Sequence record: KX397371.1
Direction: 5' to 3' (one strand)
DNA length: 64,000 bases
The notes under the pieces were generated by a model. It saw only the letters and a program-made list of their open reading frames with translations, was not told the origin of the DNA and ran no database searches. Below, piece by piece: positions 44,426 through 55,403 of this stretch. Numbering within the stretch: the stretch's first letter is position 1; each line of letters opens with the position of its first letter. The position numbers and the translations under genes were made by a program.

Positions 44426-46204
44426 TTAAAACCCTTGTGCGTATTCTTCAGCAGGTTCACTGTTGGCCACACGACGGTTAAACGCCTCCAACACATCATC
44501 CTTATCCGGTAACAGGAAGAAGCTGTTGGCGATATCCATTGCATTGACACGTCCGGCTGTCAGGTTCACACCGGTACGACGGCGTACTTCTTCAGATACC
44601 CCATTGATGAACAGCAGTTCAAAGATGGTGGTTTCACGAGACTGGTTCATCATGTTGGTCGCTGACGGATATGCCTGCGTCAAGTCCGCATCCGCTGTCT
44701 GACCACGGAACGCAGAATAGAACTGTGGCAGCTCCTTCAACACATCCAATCCGTTCTCGGCATTCATACACGCCGTTAACGTCACAATCCAACCGTCTGT
44801 CCCGATAACCTCCTCATCGTAGTTGTTACGCATCTCTGCACCCACACTGCCCGCCACATAGCCTTGGGCTAACAGGTAGTAGGTGAAAGCGATACAGATA
44901 CGCTTCGGTAACGACGGGAAGATATCGTACATCGAGTAACCGGCCAAAATCGTTATCGCCGAGGAGAGGTCGTTGGTTTTCTTATCCAACAACACAATCA
45001 TCAGGTTATCGAAGATGTTATAGACACAGTATTCCAGCGGGAATTCTCGCTGGGCTTTTAAGTGCCAATCCAGTTTCTCTTCGTACGGCAATCCCGGTAT
45101 GTCAAGTTTGTTCAGTCCCAGCTCTGAATCCAGAATCGCATTCAGTTTATAGCTGGGTCGCTGACCCTCATGCACACGCAGGGAGCGGAACAACACCATG
45201 GCATCCGCGCAGAAGAACGACGCCATACAGTACAAGACGTGCCACTGCTGGCTCGGGGCTTTGGTAAGCGACTTGGACTCTGTCTTCTTCGACGCCAAAT
45301 CTTTCTTGAACCACACCTTGCGATACTGCCTCGGTACATCCGGGTGACAGAACACGTCTTCCGGTTCGATACAGCCACGCTCTAACGCTTCCATCATACG
45401 GGTGATATCGAACTCGTGGTTCCATGCCACTAACAGGTCAGGCAGACGTGGGTGAATCTCTTCAAACATACGGACGATACATTGTGCCGAGTCTAAACAC
45501 TCGTAAGTGAAGATTTTGTAATCGGCAATGACGTTCTTCACCTTGACTTCGGTTTCGCCCGTCTTTTTATTTTTTTCTCTGAACTCAATCTTGCTCAGCA
45601 GTTCCTGCGCCTTGGCAACCAGACGGGTATCCCAGTTCTTGCCGATACGGGCTACGTAATCCTTTGTGCAGAACATGTGAATTTCGTCGTCCAGTACAAA
45701 GGACATGATCCACGGGTCACGCGATTTGTCTTCTTCGCGTGTTTCTACGTCGTAGACACAGATGCGGTTCGGTGTGGTGCAGTCTTTGTACTTCGCCATG
45801 TACTTCTGTTTAATCCAACTGGTGACCGGTAAGTCTGCCAGATAAACAAACGGGCTAGTACAGACCTGACGAAGACGCTTCTTCGGATCAGGGAAACGGG
45901 CACCCAGACCCATTTGCAATGTCTTGGCCATTAACGCATCGGTCGTCAATAACTCCTGACAACGCGACTTCAATTCGAACTCTTTCTTTTCCTTGTGATT
46001 ACGGTACGGCTCTTGCGTCACGTACACCGGACGCTTCACATTTTCACGCAGCTGAATACGCGGAATAAGCCGTCCATCCTTAGTATGGATGACCTCTTTA
46101 ATGAGGACTAAGTCGTTTTCTCCGCTTTCGTCAGTGGCATAAGCGACGTGCTTACACTCCTTCGCTATGACGTCATCGGGGCTGAAATACATGTTGGTTT
46201 CCAT
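44426..46204 (-). CDS. family-B DNA polymerase, 3'-5' exonuclease / motif-A subunit (phiKZ gp82-like)
   Basis: ExoI YDVET, ExoII AWNHEFD, ExoIII YCVYNIFD and motif A DADLTQAYPS. Confidence 0.88.
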   Translation of the reverse strand: METNMYFSPDDVIAKECKHVAYATDESGENDLVLIKEVIHTKDGRLIPRIQLRENVKRPVYVTQEPYRNHKEKKEFELKSRCQELLTTDALMAKTLQMGLGARFPDPKKRLRQVCTSPFVYLADLPVTSWIKQKYMAKYKDCTTPNRICVYDVETREEDKSRDPWIMSFVLDDEIHMFCTKDYVARIGKNWDTRLVAKAQELLSKIEFREKNKKTGETEVKVKNVIADYKIFTYECLDSAQCIVRMFEEIHPRLPDLLVAWNHEFDITRMMEALERGCIEPEDVFCHPDVPRQYRKVWFKKDLASKKTESKSLTKAPSQQWHVLYCMASFFCADAMVLFRSLRVHEGQRPSYKLNAILDSELGLNKLDIPGLPYEEKLDWHLKAQREFPLEYCVYNIFDNLMIVLLDKKTNDLSSAITILAGYSMYDIFPSLPKRICIAFTYYLLAQGYVAGSVGAEMRNNYDEEVIGTDGWIVTLTACMNAENGLDVLKELPQFYSAFRGQTADADLTQAYPSATNMMNQSRETTIFELLFINGVSEEVRRRTGVNLTAGRVNAMDIANSFFLLPDKDDVLEAFNRRVANSEPAEEYAQGF

Positions 46205-46276
46205 CGGTTCTCTCTCATCGATCCGCCTCTATATTGATCGGTGGTGACGTAAAAACTTTTTAAAGGAACGTCTGAT

Positions 46277-47635
46277 ATGGGCTACTGGTCTAAGCACGCA
46301 CAGAGCGTGAAAGAACTCAAGCGTGTTGCCGCTGAGTCAATTAAGTTTCAAGATAAGAAAAAACTGGCATCACTCGCCGATATCGTTGCTAAGTTCCAGG
46401 CTGCGGGGGATTTCTCCGTGGCTGCATACGACACCTCCGGTATTAAAGAGTGGATTCAGAAAAACCACGGCATTGGCGTCGTCTTCACAAACGGGGCTGA
46501 ACTGGGTCTGGAGTCGGAACTGTTTGCGGCGATTCAACCGCCACAGATTGATGCCAACAACCCGATTGTGGCGCAATTCCACCGTGTGGTGTATCAGGGC
46601 AATAAAGACCTTGACCTGTACAGCAAATTTATCAAAGACAACGAGCTGAACGGCGAGTTCGATGATAACAACGCGGTACTGAAAGGCGACCTGTCGAAAA
46701 TCACCTCACCGCTTTACGTGACCCCACCGATCTTCAATGGTCGTGCCGAACTGACCGCGTATGAAATCGCCGCCATCATTCTGCACGAAGTGGGCCACGT
46801 CTACTATTACCTGCGTACGCTGATGCGTGGTGTGATAGTGAACCTGTTGGCGGATGCCGCGGCAAACCGCATGATGGAGATGGATTCACCGCAAGAGAAA
46901 CTGCGCGTAGTCAAAGACGTTGAACGTATCCTCGATACGAAAATCAACCAGCCGGAGACTATCTGTGACTCGTTCAAAAAAGAAAACATCTACATGCACC
47001 TCGTTACCCAGACACTGCTTGAGCGTCCGAACATCACCGGCGGTAAAGGGTTTGGTAACCGTAGCTGGGAACGTGCTGCCGATGACTTCTCTGCCCGAAT
47101 GGGTGCTGCGCCTTACCTTGCGTCCGCGCTCTACAAGATGGAAATGAGCCAGTGGTGGATTCTGCGTCATAACTCGTACACCAACATCTATACGCACCTG
47201 TTTGGCGAACTGCTGAACATGGCGGTGTTGATTGTGGGTGCAACTACACCATTCGGTATTGTGTATGCCTCGGTGATGGTTGCGTTCGGGTTAATCATCA
47301 ACGACCCGGAAAACACCATTTACGATCCACCGCAGGAACGCTTCGAAACGCTGCGTCGCAATCTGGTCGAGGAACTGAATGTCCTCAAAGGGTTGAACAC
47401 CAAAGCCGCGAACGAACAACGTCAGCGTTGTTTGGACGGTATTGCCGGGCTTGACCAGATTCTGAAGACGGTCAAGGATAAAGATAACATCTATGCCTTC
47501 ATCATGAAAACCTTGACGCCTGCGGGTCGTAAGGAACGTGCCGCGGTAGACTACCAGCGTGCCCTTGAAGGCTATATGTCCAACGACCTGCGTGTTGCCT
47601 CTGCGAAGATGTCTCAGCTGGCCAACGCTAAATAA
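46277..47635 (+). CDS. virion head protein with zincin HEXXH motif and hydrophobic segment
   Basis: ILHEVGH; TM-like segment near aa 315-345; first gene of the head-protein cluster (SPN3US gp45-like by synteny). Confidence 0.65.
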   Translation: MGYWSKHAQSVKELKRVAAESIKFQDKKKLASLADIVAKFQAAGDFSVAAYDTSGIKEWIQKNHGIGVVFTNGAELGLESELFAAIQPPQIDANNPIVAQFHRVVYQGNKDLDLYSKFIKDNELNGEFDDNNAVLKGDLSKITSPLYVTPPIFNGRAELTAYEIAAIILHEVGHVYYYLRTLMRGVIVNLLADAAANRMMEMDSPQEKLRVVKDVERILDTKINQPETICDSFKKENIYMHLVTQTLLERPNITGGKGFGNRSWERAADDFSARMGAAPYLASALYKMEMSQWWILRHNSYTNIYTHLFGELLNMAVLIVGATTPFGIVYASVMVAFGLIINDPENTIYDPPQERFETLRRNLVEELNVLKGLNTKAANEQRQRCLDGIAGLDQILKTVKDKDNIYAFIMKTLTPAGRKERAAVDYQRALEGYMSNDLRVASAKMSQLANAK

Positions 47636-47659
47636 CTTGATTACTGACAAGGTAAAATC

Positions 47660-48100
47660 ATGACGCATAAACTTTCTCTGAATTCCCTCGTGCTCGACTT
47701 CAAACGCGACAACGAAGGGAAAGGTGTGCAGGGCTCACAGGCACTGACCGCACTGGTGGCTTTCACGTTGGCTTACTCCGTCCGTTTGCCGGACAACGGC
47801 GCATACGGCTCTACAGAAGCCGCACAGGCGTTCCTCGTGCCTATCATGAAGAACATCGTCTCGGATGTGAACGAGCTGTACTGCGTTGACCTCGGTACCG
47901 TGCTGGACTTGACCTCTGCACTGTACTGCAACCGTTACGACAACGTCTGGGGTGGTCGCCGTGCGCTGGATGCGTTCTCACCGAAAGCCGTCATTGACGA
48001 AGCGTACGGTGTGGATTGCTACCCGACCGTTCAACTGTGGGCTGAGCGTTTCTTCGAAACCGTTGGCTTCTACATCAGCGAAACAACTCAGAAGGCGTAA
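47660..48100 (+). CDS. putative virion protein
   Basis: 146 aa within the structural operon. Confidence 0.7.
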   Translation: MTHKLSLNSLVLDFKRDNEGKGVQGSQALTALVAFTLAYSVRLPDNGAYGSTEAAQAFLVPIMKNIVSDVNELYCVDLGTVLDLTSALYCNRYDNVWGGRRALDAFSPKAVIDEAYGVDCYPTVQLWAERFFETVGFYISETTQKA

Positions 48101-48103
48101 ACC

Positions 48104-49861
48104 ATGACCAGCATGACCGAAGTAGGTGGGCTGGTCTCTACCGCCCCACAGTGGCGTCTCGGTGAGATGGGCAACCTGCTCCAGGAGCACATGAACCACA
48201 AGATTAGCAGCCTCGACCAGCTAAACTTGTACATGCAGCGTAACGACGCTGACTTGCTCTACGGTAGCCGTATCCTTGCGCAGGTGGAAGCCATTCTGGA
48301 TGATGTCCGCCGCCATGGGATTTCACGCGACCTTGCGGTTGCCGTGGAGTCTACCCGTCCGGGTACCATTCCAAAGAACGTGCAGAAAATCCTGACTTCC
48401 AACTACACCGGTACCCATCAACAGGAAACGGTTGCGGCACTGGAGTCGTGGAAAGAAGCCGGGCGCATGGGCCTCATTATTCTGGTACTGACCGCCATCC
48501 TGAAAATCATCAGTTGGATTGTGGAGTCGGGCAAAGGGTATAAAGGTAACACCAACCCGAAAACTGCCGCAGACAAAGTCGAAGAATACAAAACCAAGAC
48601 TGACGAGAAATGGCAAGCTGCCGCCGAAACGCCTCCTCCGGCTCCGAAGTCCGTTAAACCGGATGACTGGAAGCGTGAGTATGAGTCGCTGGCAGATACC
48701 CTGACCTGCGCGTCTGTCAAAGCCGCGTATCTCGACGCTACCAAAGAGCTGTCCAGTCGTAGTCTGTCACAACTGACTGCGGCCGCACTGCGTTACGATG
48801 CGTTGATTAAGAACGCCAACGCAGGCGATTACGTGGACACGGTGACTGCGGTCTCTGGCCGTAACCCTATCGTACCCCTGCTGAAAGACGTGGCTTCGGG
48901 TGAGAAAGGGGCCGGGTCTGTCGGTGGTCTGGTCGCTGAACTGTTGCGCATGAACGTATCCGAAGGTATCTTCACACCGCAGGCTGCGGCGAAAGCATAC
49001 TCGATGTTGCCAAAAGGCATGCACGAGGCAGGCGTTCGTATCCCTAACGAATCAGTCTTCCGCATGATGGCTAACCGTGCACCAGAACTGAACAACTTCT
49101 TCCAAGCTGCCGGTAAAGGGTTCGATGCGCTGTCTTCGATGATGTCGCAGAAGCACGAGCAGAATCAGTGGAATGACGACGACCTGCACAAGCCGGGAAC
49201 GGAATTTGCCCACGCGATGCGTTTCCTCAACGACTACCTTGCTACCGTAATTCCGGTCGTGAAAGGCGGGAAGTTCACTGCGGAAACCTCCCCGACAATT
49301 GCTGTGGTTGGCACATTGTCTGGCGGCGGCTTAATCGGTTATGATGAGCCTACGGAATTCCTCGGCAACACGGTATTGGTGTGTGCGCAGTATGGTGCCT
49401 ATCTGAACAGCAGCTTCCTCTCTTCCTACACAGAACGTCGTGGGTTGAACGACGATGAAGCGGGCGGTGTCTTGCAGGCATTGGTAGTCATGGCCAACGG
49501 CCTGTCAACGAACAGTGGCGTCACAAACTTCAACGCGTACAGCAAGATGGAAGGCGAGGTGAAAACCCTCATCGACCGTATTCAGTCGTGGGAGAAGTCC
49601 ATGTCTCGCAGCCGTGAAGGCGCACATGCGTTGCGGGTGATTGGCGCGGGTCTGCTCAGCGTGATGATGGAAGAACGTTCCGACAGCCTGAATATGGGCC
49701 GTGAACTGTCAGCGGATTACAAAGACCAAGCCTCCGGTGATTTCTGGATGGGTCTGCGTAAGAACCTGAACTACATCCGTCGTATCTGCATGGGTACGGT
49801 TGGGATGCAGAACATCATCAGTAAAAGCCAGAACAACCCGTTCATCAAAGGCAAAAATTAA
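48104..49861 (+). CDS. putative head/ejection protein
   Basis: 585 aa; AVE/ALE candidate prohead-protease sites followed by a hydrophobic helix. Confidence 0.65.
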   Translation: MTSMTEVGGLVSTAPQWRLGEMGNLLQEHMNHKISSLDQLNLYMQRNDADLLYGSRILAQVEAILDDVRRHGISRDLAVAVESTRPGTIPKNVQKILTSNYTGTHQQETVAALESWKEAGRMGLIILVLTAILKIISWIVESGKGYKGNTNPKTAADKVEEYKTKTDEKWQAAAETPPPAPKSVKPDDWKREYESLADTLTCASVKAAYLDATKELSSRSLSQLTAAALRYDALIKNANAGDYVDTVTAVSGRNPIVPLLKDVASGEKGAGSVGGLVAELLRMNVSEGIFTPQAAAKAYSMLPKGMHEAGVRIPNESVFRMMANRAPELNNFFQAAGKGFDALSSMMSQKHEQNQWNDDDLHKPGTEFAHAMRFLNDYLATVIPVVKGGKFTAETSPTIAVVGTLSGGGLIGYDEPTEFLGNTVLVCAQYGAYLNSSFLSSYTERRGLNDDEAGGVLQALVVMANGLSTNSGVTNFNAYSKMEGEVKTLIDRIQSWEKSMSRSREGAHALRVIGAGLLSVMMEERSDSLNMGRELSADYKDQASGDFWMGLRKNLNYIRRICMGTVGMQNIISKSQNNPFIKGKN

Positions 49862-49904
49862 AATAAAAGACCTACTCTCCTTCGGGAGAGTAGGCTTTCT
49901 TTTT
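49862..49904. terminator. bidirectional terminator
   Basis: CCTACTCTCC-TTCG-GGAGAGTAGG with A and T tracts. Confidence 0.85.
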
Positions 49905-52853
49905 TTATACCGGCGCGGTATCGTGACGGTTGTAGCTTGCAACAATGTCGTCTTTCAGACCGACACGGCCGTTAGCCTCAATCACCAACTTCTTACCGAC
50001 AGTGACCTGTGTGGCATCGGACATGACCGTAAACAGACGCATGTCTTGGTCAGGCCCCATCCCACCCACTACCACACCCAAGATGGTGTCTTTTAACGCA
50101 TCTTGCAGGGCTTCACCCAACGCCACCGCAGACACGGTGCTGTTGTTAATCAGGTACTGACTGATAACCTCAGAGGTCTTCTTCTGGATGGCTTTAATCA
50201 AGTCCGCATTCTGACGGTTCACCGCAGTCAGGTAATAGCTTACCGTGAACTGTTGCTCAGCCGGGATTGGTGTAATGGCACCGTTCTCCGTGCGGGCATC
50301 GATGTACCCCATGGTGGTGATAGGCACGAAGTACGCATCGGTACGCTCCAACAGCAGCGGGGTCAGTTGTGGCATGTTCACCGTGATTTGGTTGATCATG
50401 TAATCAACCACCGATTGGCGGTACGCCGCCACTTCATCACTGTCTGCAAACAGGTAACGGGCATCAAAGACCGCCATCTCGTTACGGAACCGGATGCTGC
50501 GTGGACGGTCAATCACGGAGTTACCGTCACTGTCCTTCACCAACGTCCCTTTCTCGTGCAACACTTCCTGTACCCCGTTATCATCAAGCACCGGGTCACC
50601 TTTACGGTGTTTGTACGTCAACTGCAACGGCGGTGTTTTGGCTGCGTCGTACGTGTACTCAGGCACACCACGCTCGTTCGTCTTCACCACATCCGCCTCG
50701 TAGAACTTCAGCACGTCGGCTTCGTAATACTTGTAGTTGATGCTGTCGGTGATAGGACGGGCTTTACGCCAGTATGCGGTTAAGGCTTTACCCAGTTCGA
50801 TTTTGAAAATCTCATGGGTGATGCCAATCGCATCACGAGACGGAGCAACGATCAGGGTGTCCATGTTCGCCCGTTCGTAGTTCTTCGGATAGTACCCTGT
50901 ACAGCCATAGAAGATGTTGAAGTCTTCAGTCAGGCTAACCGGGATATTCACCGTTGACGACGATGTGGTGCGGGTGTTGGTGATAATCATCTCATCGTTA
51001 CGGTCAACGTCAAGATTGGTCTCCAACAGGAACTCCCACACACGCTCACTGCCCTGCTTACCAACGAGTGTGCCCTGAACCCATGCGAGGCTTTCAGAGT
51101 TACGTGGCTGGAAGGAGAGTTGGGCGAACACCTGTCCATCGTCCAGTGCTTGGTACGGGGATTCCGACTTGGTCACCGTGCGCAGGACATAACCTTGGTC
51201 GGTCATCAGAATCTGATAGTCGGCCGTGACCACACTCAGTTCAGTTGTGATGTTGGTGCTGATGAAGCGCTTCGACACGAGGCTCGGGCGGTCAAGCTGG
51301 TAGATACGCACGTCGATGGAGTTGTTGTTGATGTCCAGCACGTAATGGAATGGTGTGAAGAGATACGAACCACCGTTCCCCGCATTCACCAAATCCTCTT
51401 TACGCATGGTCTTCAACAGTTCCGTCATCGTGGTTTCCACCGACAGCGTGCTACCGTCAAATTTGTACAGCGTGTTCGGCAGTACGGTCATACGGTTATC
51501 ATTGATACGCACGGTCGAGAGATTCGACAGCTCATCCCAACTGAAGTACAACGCTGATGTCACCGAACCAATCGGCGAGCTGACGTTCTTCAGGGTGGAC
51601 GCCGGTAACGGGGCTGACATCAGATACGTACGACTGGTGACATAGTCGATAGCGTTCTGAAGGGTCAGGTTGAAGTCGGCCGCCACGGCGGTCAGTTGCT
51701 TCTCCGTAATCGGTGCTTGACGTAAGCCCACGGCGTTATTCACCACACGGTCGCGCAGTTCCGTAAACGGCAATTCTGCTCGTCCGCCAGACGTCACACC
51801 CACACCGCTCTCTGCCACTATCTGGAAGATAGAGAAGTTACGCAGGGGGTTCACGTAAGATGCGTCGTATTCCCCGTTCAGGTCACGGAAGTCCCATGAG
51901 AACTGGTCAGTGGCATAGCTGGACAAATCCACACTCAGCGCACCCATGGTGGTGTAGACATCCATACGCACTTCACCTGATACCAAACCGGTGGTCAGGT
52001 AAATAGAAGGAATGGTGCAGCGGATGTTCTGGCCCACAACCTGAATGACCGCAGTGGCCACGTTCGGGTCATACACGTCACGGCTGTGCGTGTGTGGAAT
52101 CTCCACCCAACCGGTACCGGCAGCATCACGTTGCCAGACACGGGCGTAAAAGAAGCTGTTGGTGAAGCTGCGGGTGATTTGCAGTTCGTTCGTCCCGACG
52201 GTGGTGTCAGTGTGGCTCTTGACATCGTACTGCTTCACCGGAATCTTGATACGCAACAGAATCGAGTTAGTGGATGGGGATGAACCCAAGTCCCATTCGA
52301 GGGCGTTGGTAGAAACCGGAGCAATCGGTGATTGTGTCTCGGTAATCCACAACACTTCGAATGCCGGGTTGTCCGGTGTCCCGTATGGCAACACACGAAT
52401 CTCAATCGGATACTGAATTGAGAAAGTGTAACCGGACACTTTGAAGACGGTATCGCGTGGGATAACCAGTTTGCGCACACCGGCGTAAACCAGCGGCATG
52501 GCTTTGCTCAGTAACGAGTCCACGTCGATAATCAACTGGAGTTCGGCACCCGACGGCTGTGAGAACACATCGACGTAATCCACATCCGACATGTGGCGGA
52601 AGAGGTCGTCCATGGTCTGAGCCTGAGACGGGTATGTTTTCGGTACTGTTGCCCGACACCCTTCAATCGCAGTGTGTGCCAACATCACACCGGCTTCGGC
52701 TAAGAAGACCACGGGGTCAGTTGGGCTGCGAAGGGTAATGGAGGCGGCGTTGTCGCTGACGTTTTGGAGCTGCTTTAATAACAGCGTCTGCATCGCGGCG
52801 GGGTTATGCGCCAACAGCAACATATTCGATGCCAGCTTATCATAAGTGTCCAT
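49905..52853 (-). CDS. baseplate wedge-like structural protein (phiKZ gp87-like)
   Basis: 982 aa; beta-rich; GGRAELPFTELR resembles the baseplate J/gp6 motif; synteny. Confidence 0.65.
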   Translation of the reverse strand: MDTYDKLASNMLLLAHNPAAMQTLLLKQLQNVSDNAASITLRSPTDPVVFLAEAGVMLAHTAIEGCRATVPKTYPSQAQTMDDLFRHMSDVDYVDVFSQPSGAELQLIIDVDSLLSKAMPLVYAGVRKLVIPRDTVFKVSGYTFSIQYPIEIRVLPYGTPDNPAFEVLWITETQSPIAPVSTNALEWDLGSSPSTNSILLRIKIPVKQYDVKSHTDTTVGTNELQITRSFTNSFFYARVWQRDAAGTGWVEIPHTHSRDVYDPNVATAVIQVVGQNIRCTIPSIYLTTGLVSGEVRMDVYTTMGALSVDLSSYATDQFSWDFRDLNGEYDASYVNPLRNFSIFQIVAESGVGVTSGGRAELPFTELRDRVVNNAVGLRQAPITEKQLTAVAADFNLTLQNAIDYVTSRTYLMSAPLPASTLKNVSSPIGSVTSALYFSWDELSNLSTVRINDNRMTVLPNTLYKFDGSTLSVETTMTELLKTMRKEDLVNAGNGGSYLFTPFHYVLDINNNSIDVRIYQLDRPSLVSKRFISTNITTELSVVTADYQILMTDQGYVLRTVTKSESPYQALDDGQVFAQLSFQPRNSESLAWVQGTLVGKQGSERVWEFLLETNLDVDRNDEMIITNTRTTSSSTVNIPVSLTEDFNIFYGCTGYYPKNYERANMDTLIVAPSRDAIGITHEIFKIELGKALTAYWRKARPITDSINYKYYEADVLKFYEADVVKTNERGVPEYTYDAAKTPPLQLTYKHRKGDPVLDDNGVQEVLHEKGTLVKDSDGNSVIDRPRSIRFRNEMAVFDARYLFADSDEVAAYRQSVVDYMINQITVNMPQLTPLLLERTDAYFVPITTMGYIDARTENGAITPIPAEQQFTVSYYLTAVNRQNADLIKAIQKKTSEVISQYLINNSTVSAVALGEALQDALKDTILGVVVGGMGPDQDMRLFTVMSDATQVTVGKKLVIEANGRVGLKDDIVASYNRHDTAPV

Positions 52854-54121
52854 CAGATGAGACCTGCCCTTTTCAGAATGCGTTGGTAATCAGATTGGTA
52901 TACCCACCACGTCAGTTTCCGGCGTACCGGGTCGATGTGGGGGTAACCGTAATAGTTGAACAGTGGGAGGAACTGTGGAATGACCTGCACCAACTGGTCG
53001 CGAGCCGTCGGTACGAAGTTACCGGTTTGCAGACTCTCTGGGGTCGGTGACATATCCGGGTTAAAGTAAGACACGGTGGCGTTAAACATCTCCATGTAAA
53101 GCGGGTCGTCGTAACGTGCCCCGATACACTGCCACTGCAACGTGATGTTGGTGTCATCGTTGCTCATCGGTTTGGAGTTATCCACCTGTGCCTGTTGCCC
53201 GGCGTTGTTGTTCATTGGCCATGCCACGCACGCTGTCCAGAAGCGGGTGATGTTCCCCATGGGGTCGTACTTCATCCCGTACATGCGGGTTTGGTAATCG
53301 ATACGGCGTTGAATCGAGTTACGAATCTTCGGCATGAACTGACCACGACGCACCCCAGACATGTACTCCAGCCACACACTGGCCATGCGCATAATCGCAT
53401 TACCGTACGGGTTGGTTAAGGTCGAGGACATGGTGTAGCCGTAGTTCACAAGGTTCGTGGAATCGACCATCCCCCACTGCTCACGTAACAGCCCCTCGTC
53501 CGACATCCAGTTATCCACGGACTCATCCGGCATCCCCGACAAGCTAATCAGCTGTGTGGAAAGCAATGGTATGAAAGCCTGTAAATTATCGAAGGGGATA
53601 TCGGGCAGGAACGGGGTTCCCAACCGGTTCTTTCGTAATCCCCTTGCGGTAAGCGGCGAGTCGGAAAACCCCAGTTCGAAATCAGGGTCGAGGGCTGCCA
53701 GAATCGAATAGTCGAGAGACGACTTCGGCTGCATTGCCATGTTTGACATGCGGCGTGAATTCGAAATGTTGTCGTAGCTAAGGTTAAAATCCGGTCGGGT
53801 AAAGAAGGTCATCCCCCCGTATTCCCGGTTCACCGGCACGGGGTTGTTGGCCATCATATGGTTGAACCCCATCAAGGGGTTGGTCATACGCTGCGCAGCG
53901 ATACCTAGACCGACTGACAAGCGAATGCGGTCTGCCCACACGGATAACTCATCATCGAAACTCTTCTTTTGAGTGGGAGCTGTCGATGAAGAACGACCGT
54001 CAATGTAACCCGCTAACGAGGGAACGGCATCGGAATTGTTCGGGTTTGGGACGGTATAGTCGATATCCGTATTAGGGTCGTAACCGGGATCTGTATTCTT
54101 CTTTTCAGTCTCGTCACTCAT
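52853..54121 (-). CDS. tail-tube-like / baseplate hub structural protein (phiKZ gp88-like)
   Basis: 422 aa; FFTRPDFNLS; coupled to the wedge gene; synteny. Confidence 0.55.
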   Translation of the reverse strand: MSDETEKKNTDPGYDPNTDIDYTVPNPNNSDAVPSLAGYIDGRSSSTAPTQKKSFDDELSVWADRIRLSVGLGIAAQRMTNPLMGFNHMMANNPVPVNREYGGMTFFTRPDFNLSYDNISNSRRMSNMAMQPKSSLDYSILAALDPDFELGFSDSPLTARGLRKNRLGTPFLPDIPFDNLQAFIPLLSTQLISLSGMPDESVDNWMSDEGLLREQWGMVDSTNLVNYGYTMSSTLTNPYGNAIMRMASVWLEYMSGVRRGQFMPKIRNSIQRRIDYQTRMYGMKYDPMGNITRFWTACVAWPMNNNAGQQAQVDNSKPMSNDDTNITLQWQCIGARYDDPLYMEMFNATVSYFNPDMSPTPESLQTGNFVPTARDQLVQVIPQFLPLFNYYGYPHIDPVRRKLTWWVYQSDYQRILKRAGLI

Positions 54122-54150
54122 GAAATTTTTACTCCGGAGTAAAGTATAAA

Positions 54151-55392
54151 ATGGCAGAAAAAACTGTTGAGACGAGTGTCATCTCGTTTCTCTCTAAATT
54201 CCCAGACCTGTTTCGGCAGCGTGCCGACTCGCTGGAAGAGTTCAACCAGATTCTGTATAACGAATACACTACGCTTGTTGAACAGTCGCTTTTAGGCGTT
54301 GATTACCTGCCAGGCATTCTGGATAAGTTGCAGATACTGCTGGCCGCTAACCAATTAACTGCCATCTCCCTGCTGATTGGCGTGCCTGAGGTGGATGTTA
54401 TTGGAACGCTGGACAAAATCTCCACGCGCCGTAACAGCCTCGATGCCGCCGCCCGTAGCGGTTCCCGTCTGGCCACAATGGCTATCGGCGAACGCCGGGG
54501 TCGCTTTGGTTTACCGTCATACGATAGCCTCGCCATCGCGGTGGGTGAATCGAGCCGTCGTGGTAGCCGTCCGGTGAACCAGAACAACCAGTTCAACGGA
54601 AACACCGAGGTTACCAACAACAACGACAACAGCCGTACTGAGAACTTTAACTCGACCACCAACAACTACGACAGCAAAGCGGGTAAAGTGGCCTCTACGC
54701 TACCGACCAACTTCATGAAGCAGATGATGGAGCAGGAAGGTCTGGCGGGTGGTAAAGTGTTCAGCGCGACCTTTGAACGTAACGGGAACAAAACCGAAGT
54801 GCCGATGCGTCTGCGCCTCGATGTGAAGTCTGTGCCGACTGACGGCATGGAAACCCTGATTGCGTTTGCCTCCGAACAGAAAGACTTCTGGGAGCGTTAC
54901 ATCCGTCTGCAACACAAAGGCGATCGTAACGGGGGTTGGCTGGATAAACTGGCGGCTGCAAAAGACCTCGCGTTCTCTAACGACCTGATGGAAGAGTACC
55001 GTAAGAATCGCTACCGCGATAAGACGGGCTACTACACCAAGATGATGGAGAAGCGCAACGGTAACTGGCTGTCTGGTCTGCTGACCCTGTCGCCGTCTAT
55101 CAACAACGCCTCTGGTGTGATGGTGGTCTCTCAGGAAACCATCGATGGTCTGGAAGCACAGCTCGGCGGTAGCTTCGAAGACTTCAACGTGCGTCAGCGT
55201 GTGTTCCAAGATACCCTGACCGTTTACTACGTCGTGGTTGATACAACGTGGAACCGTGTGACCATCTACACCCGTGGCCTGAACGGCTCGCAGGAACTGG
55301 ATAAGTCTGACTTCTCCAAATCGAAATCTGGTGCGGCTGATGTGAACAAAATCATCGAAGCCTACCGCTCTGGCGCACAGCCGGTTCTTTAA
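54151..55392 (+). CDS. virion head (inner body/ejection) protein (phiKZ gp89-like)
   Basis: 413 aa; AIGE/AVGE candidate cleavage sites then an Asn-rich linker; synteny. Confidence 0.65.
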   Translation: MAEKTVETSVISFLSKFPDLFRQRADSLEEFNQILYNEYTTLVEQSLLGVDYLPGILDKLQILLAANQLTAISLLIGVPEVDVIGTLDKISTRRNSLDAAARSGSRLATMAIGERRGRFGLPSYDSLAIAVGESSRRGSRPVNQNNQFNGNTEVTNNNDNSRTENFNSTTNNYDSKAGKVASTLPTNFMKQMMEQEGLAGGKVFSATFERNGNKTEVPMRLRLDVKSVPTDGMETLIAFASEQKDFWERYIRLQHKGDRNGGWLDKLAAAKDLAFSNDLMEEYRKNRYRDKTGYYTKMMEKRNGNWLSGLLTLSPSINNASGVMVVSQETIDGLEAQLGGSFEDFNVRQRVFQDTLTVYYVVVDTTWNRVTIYTRGLNGSQELDKSDFSKSKSGAADVNKIIEAYRSGAQPVL

Positions 55393-55403
55393 GGGGTTTA
55401 GCA

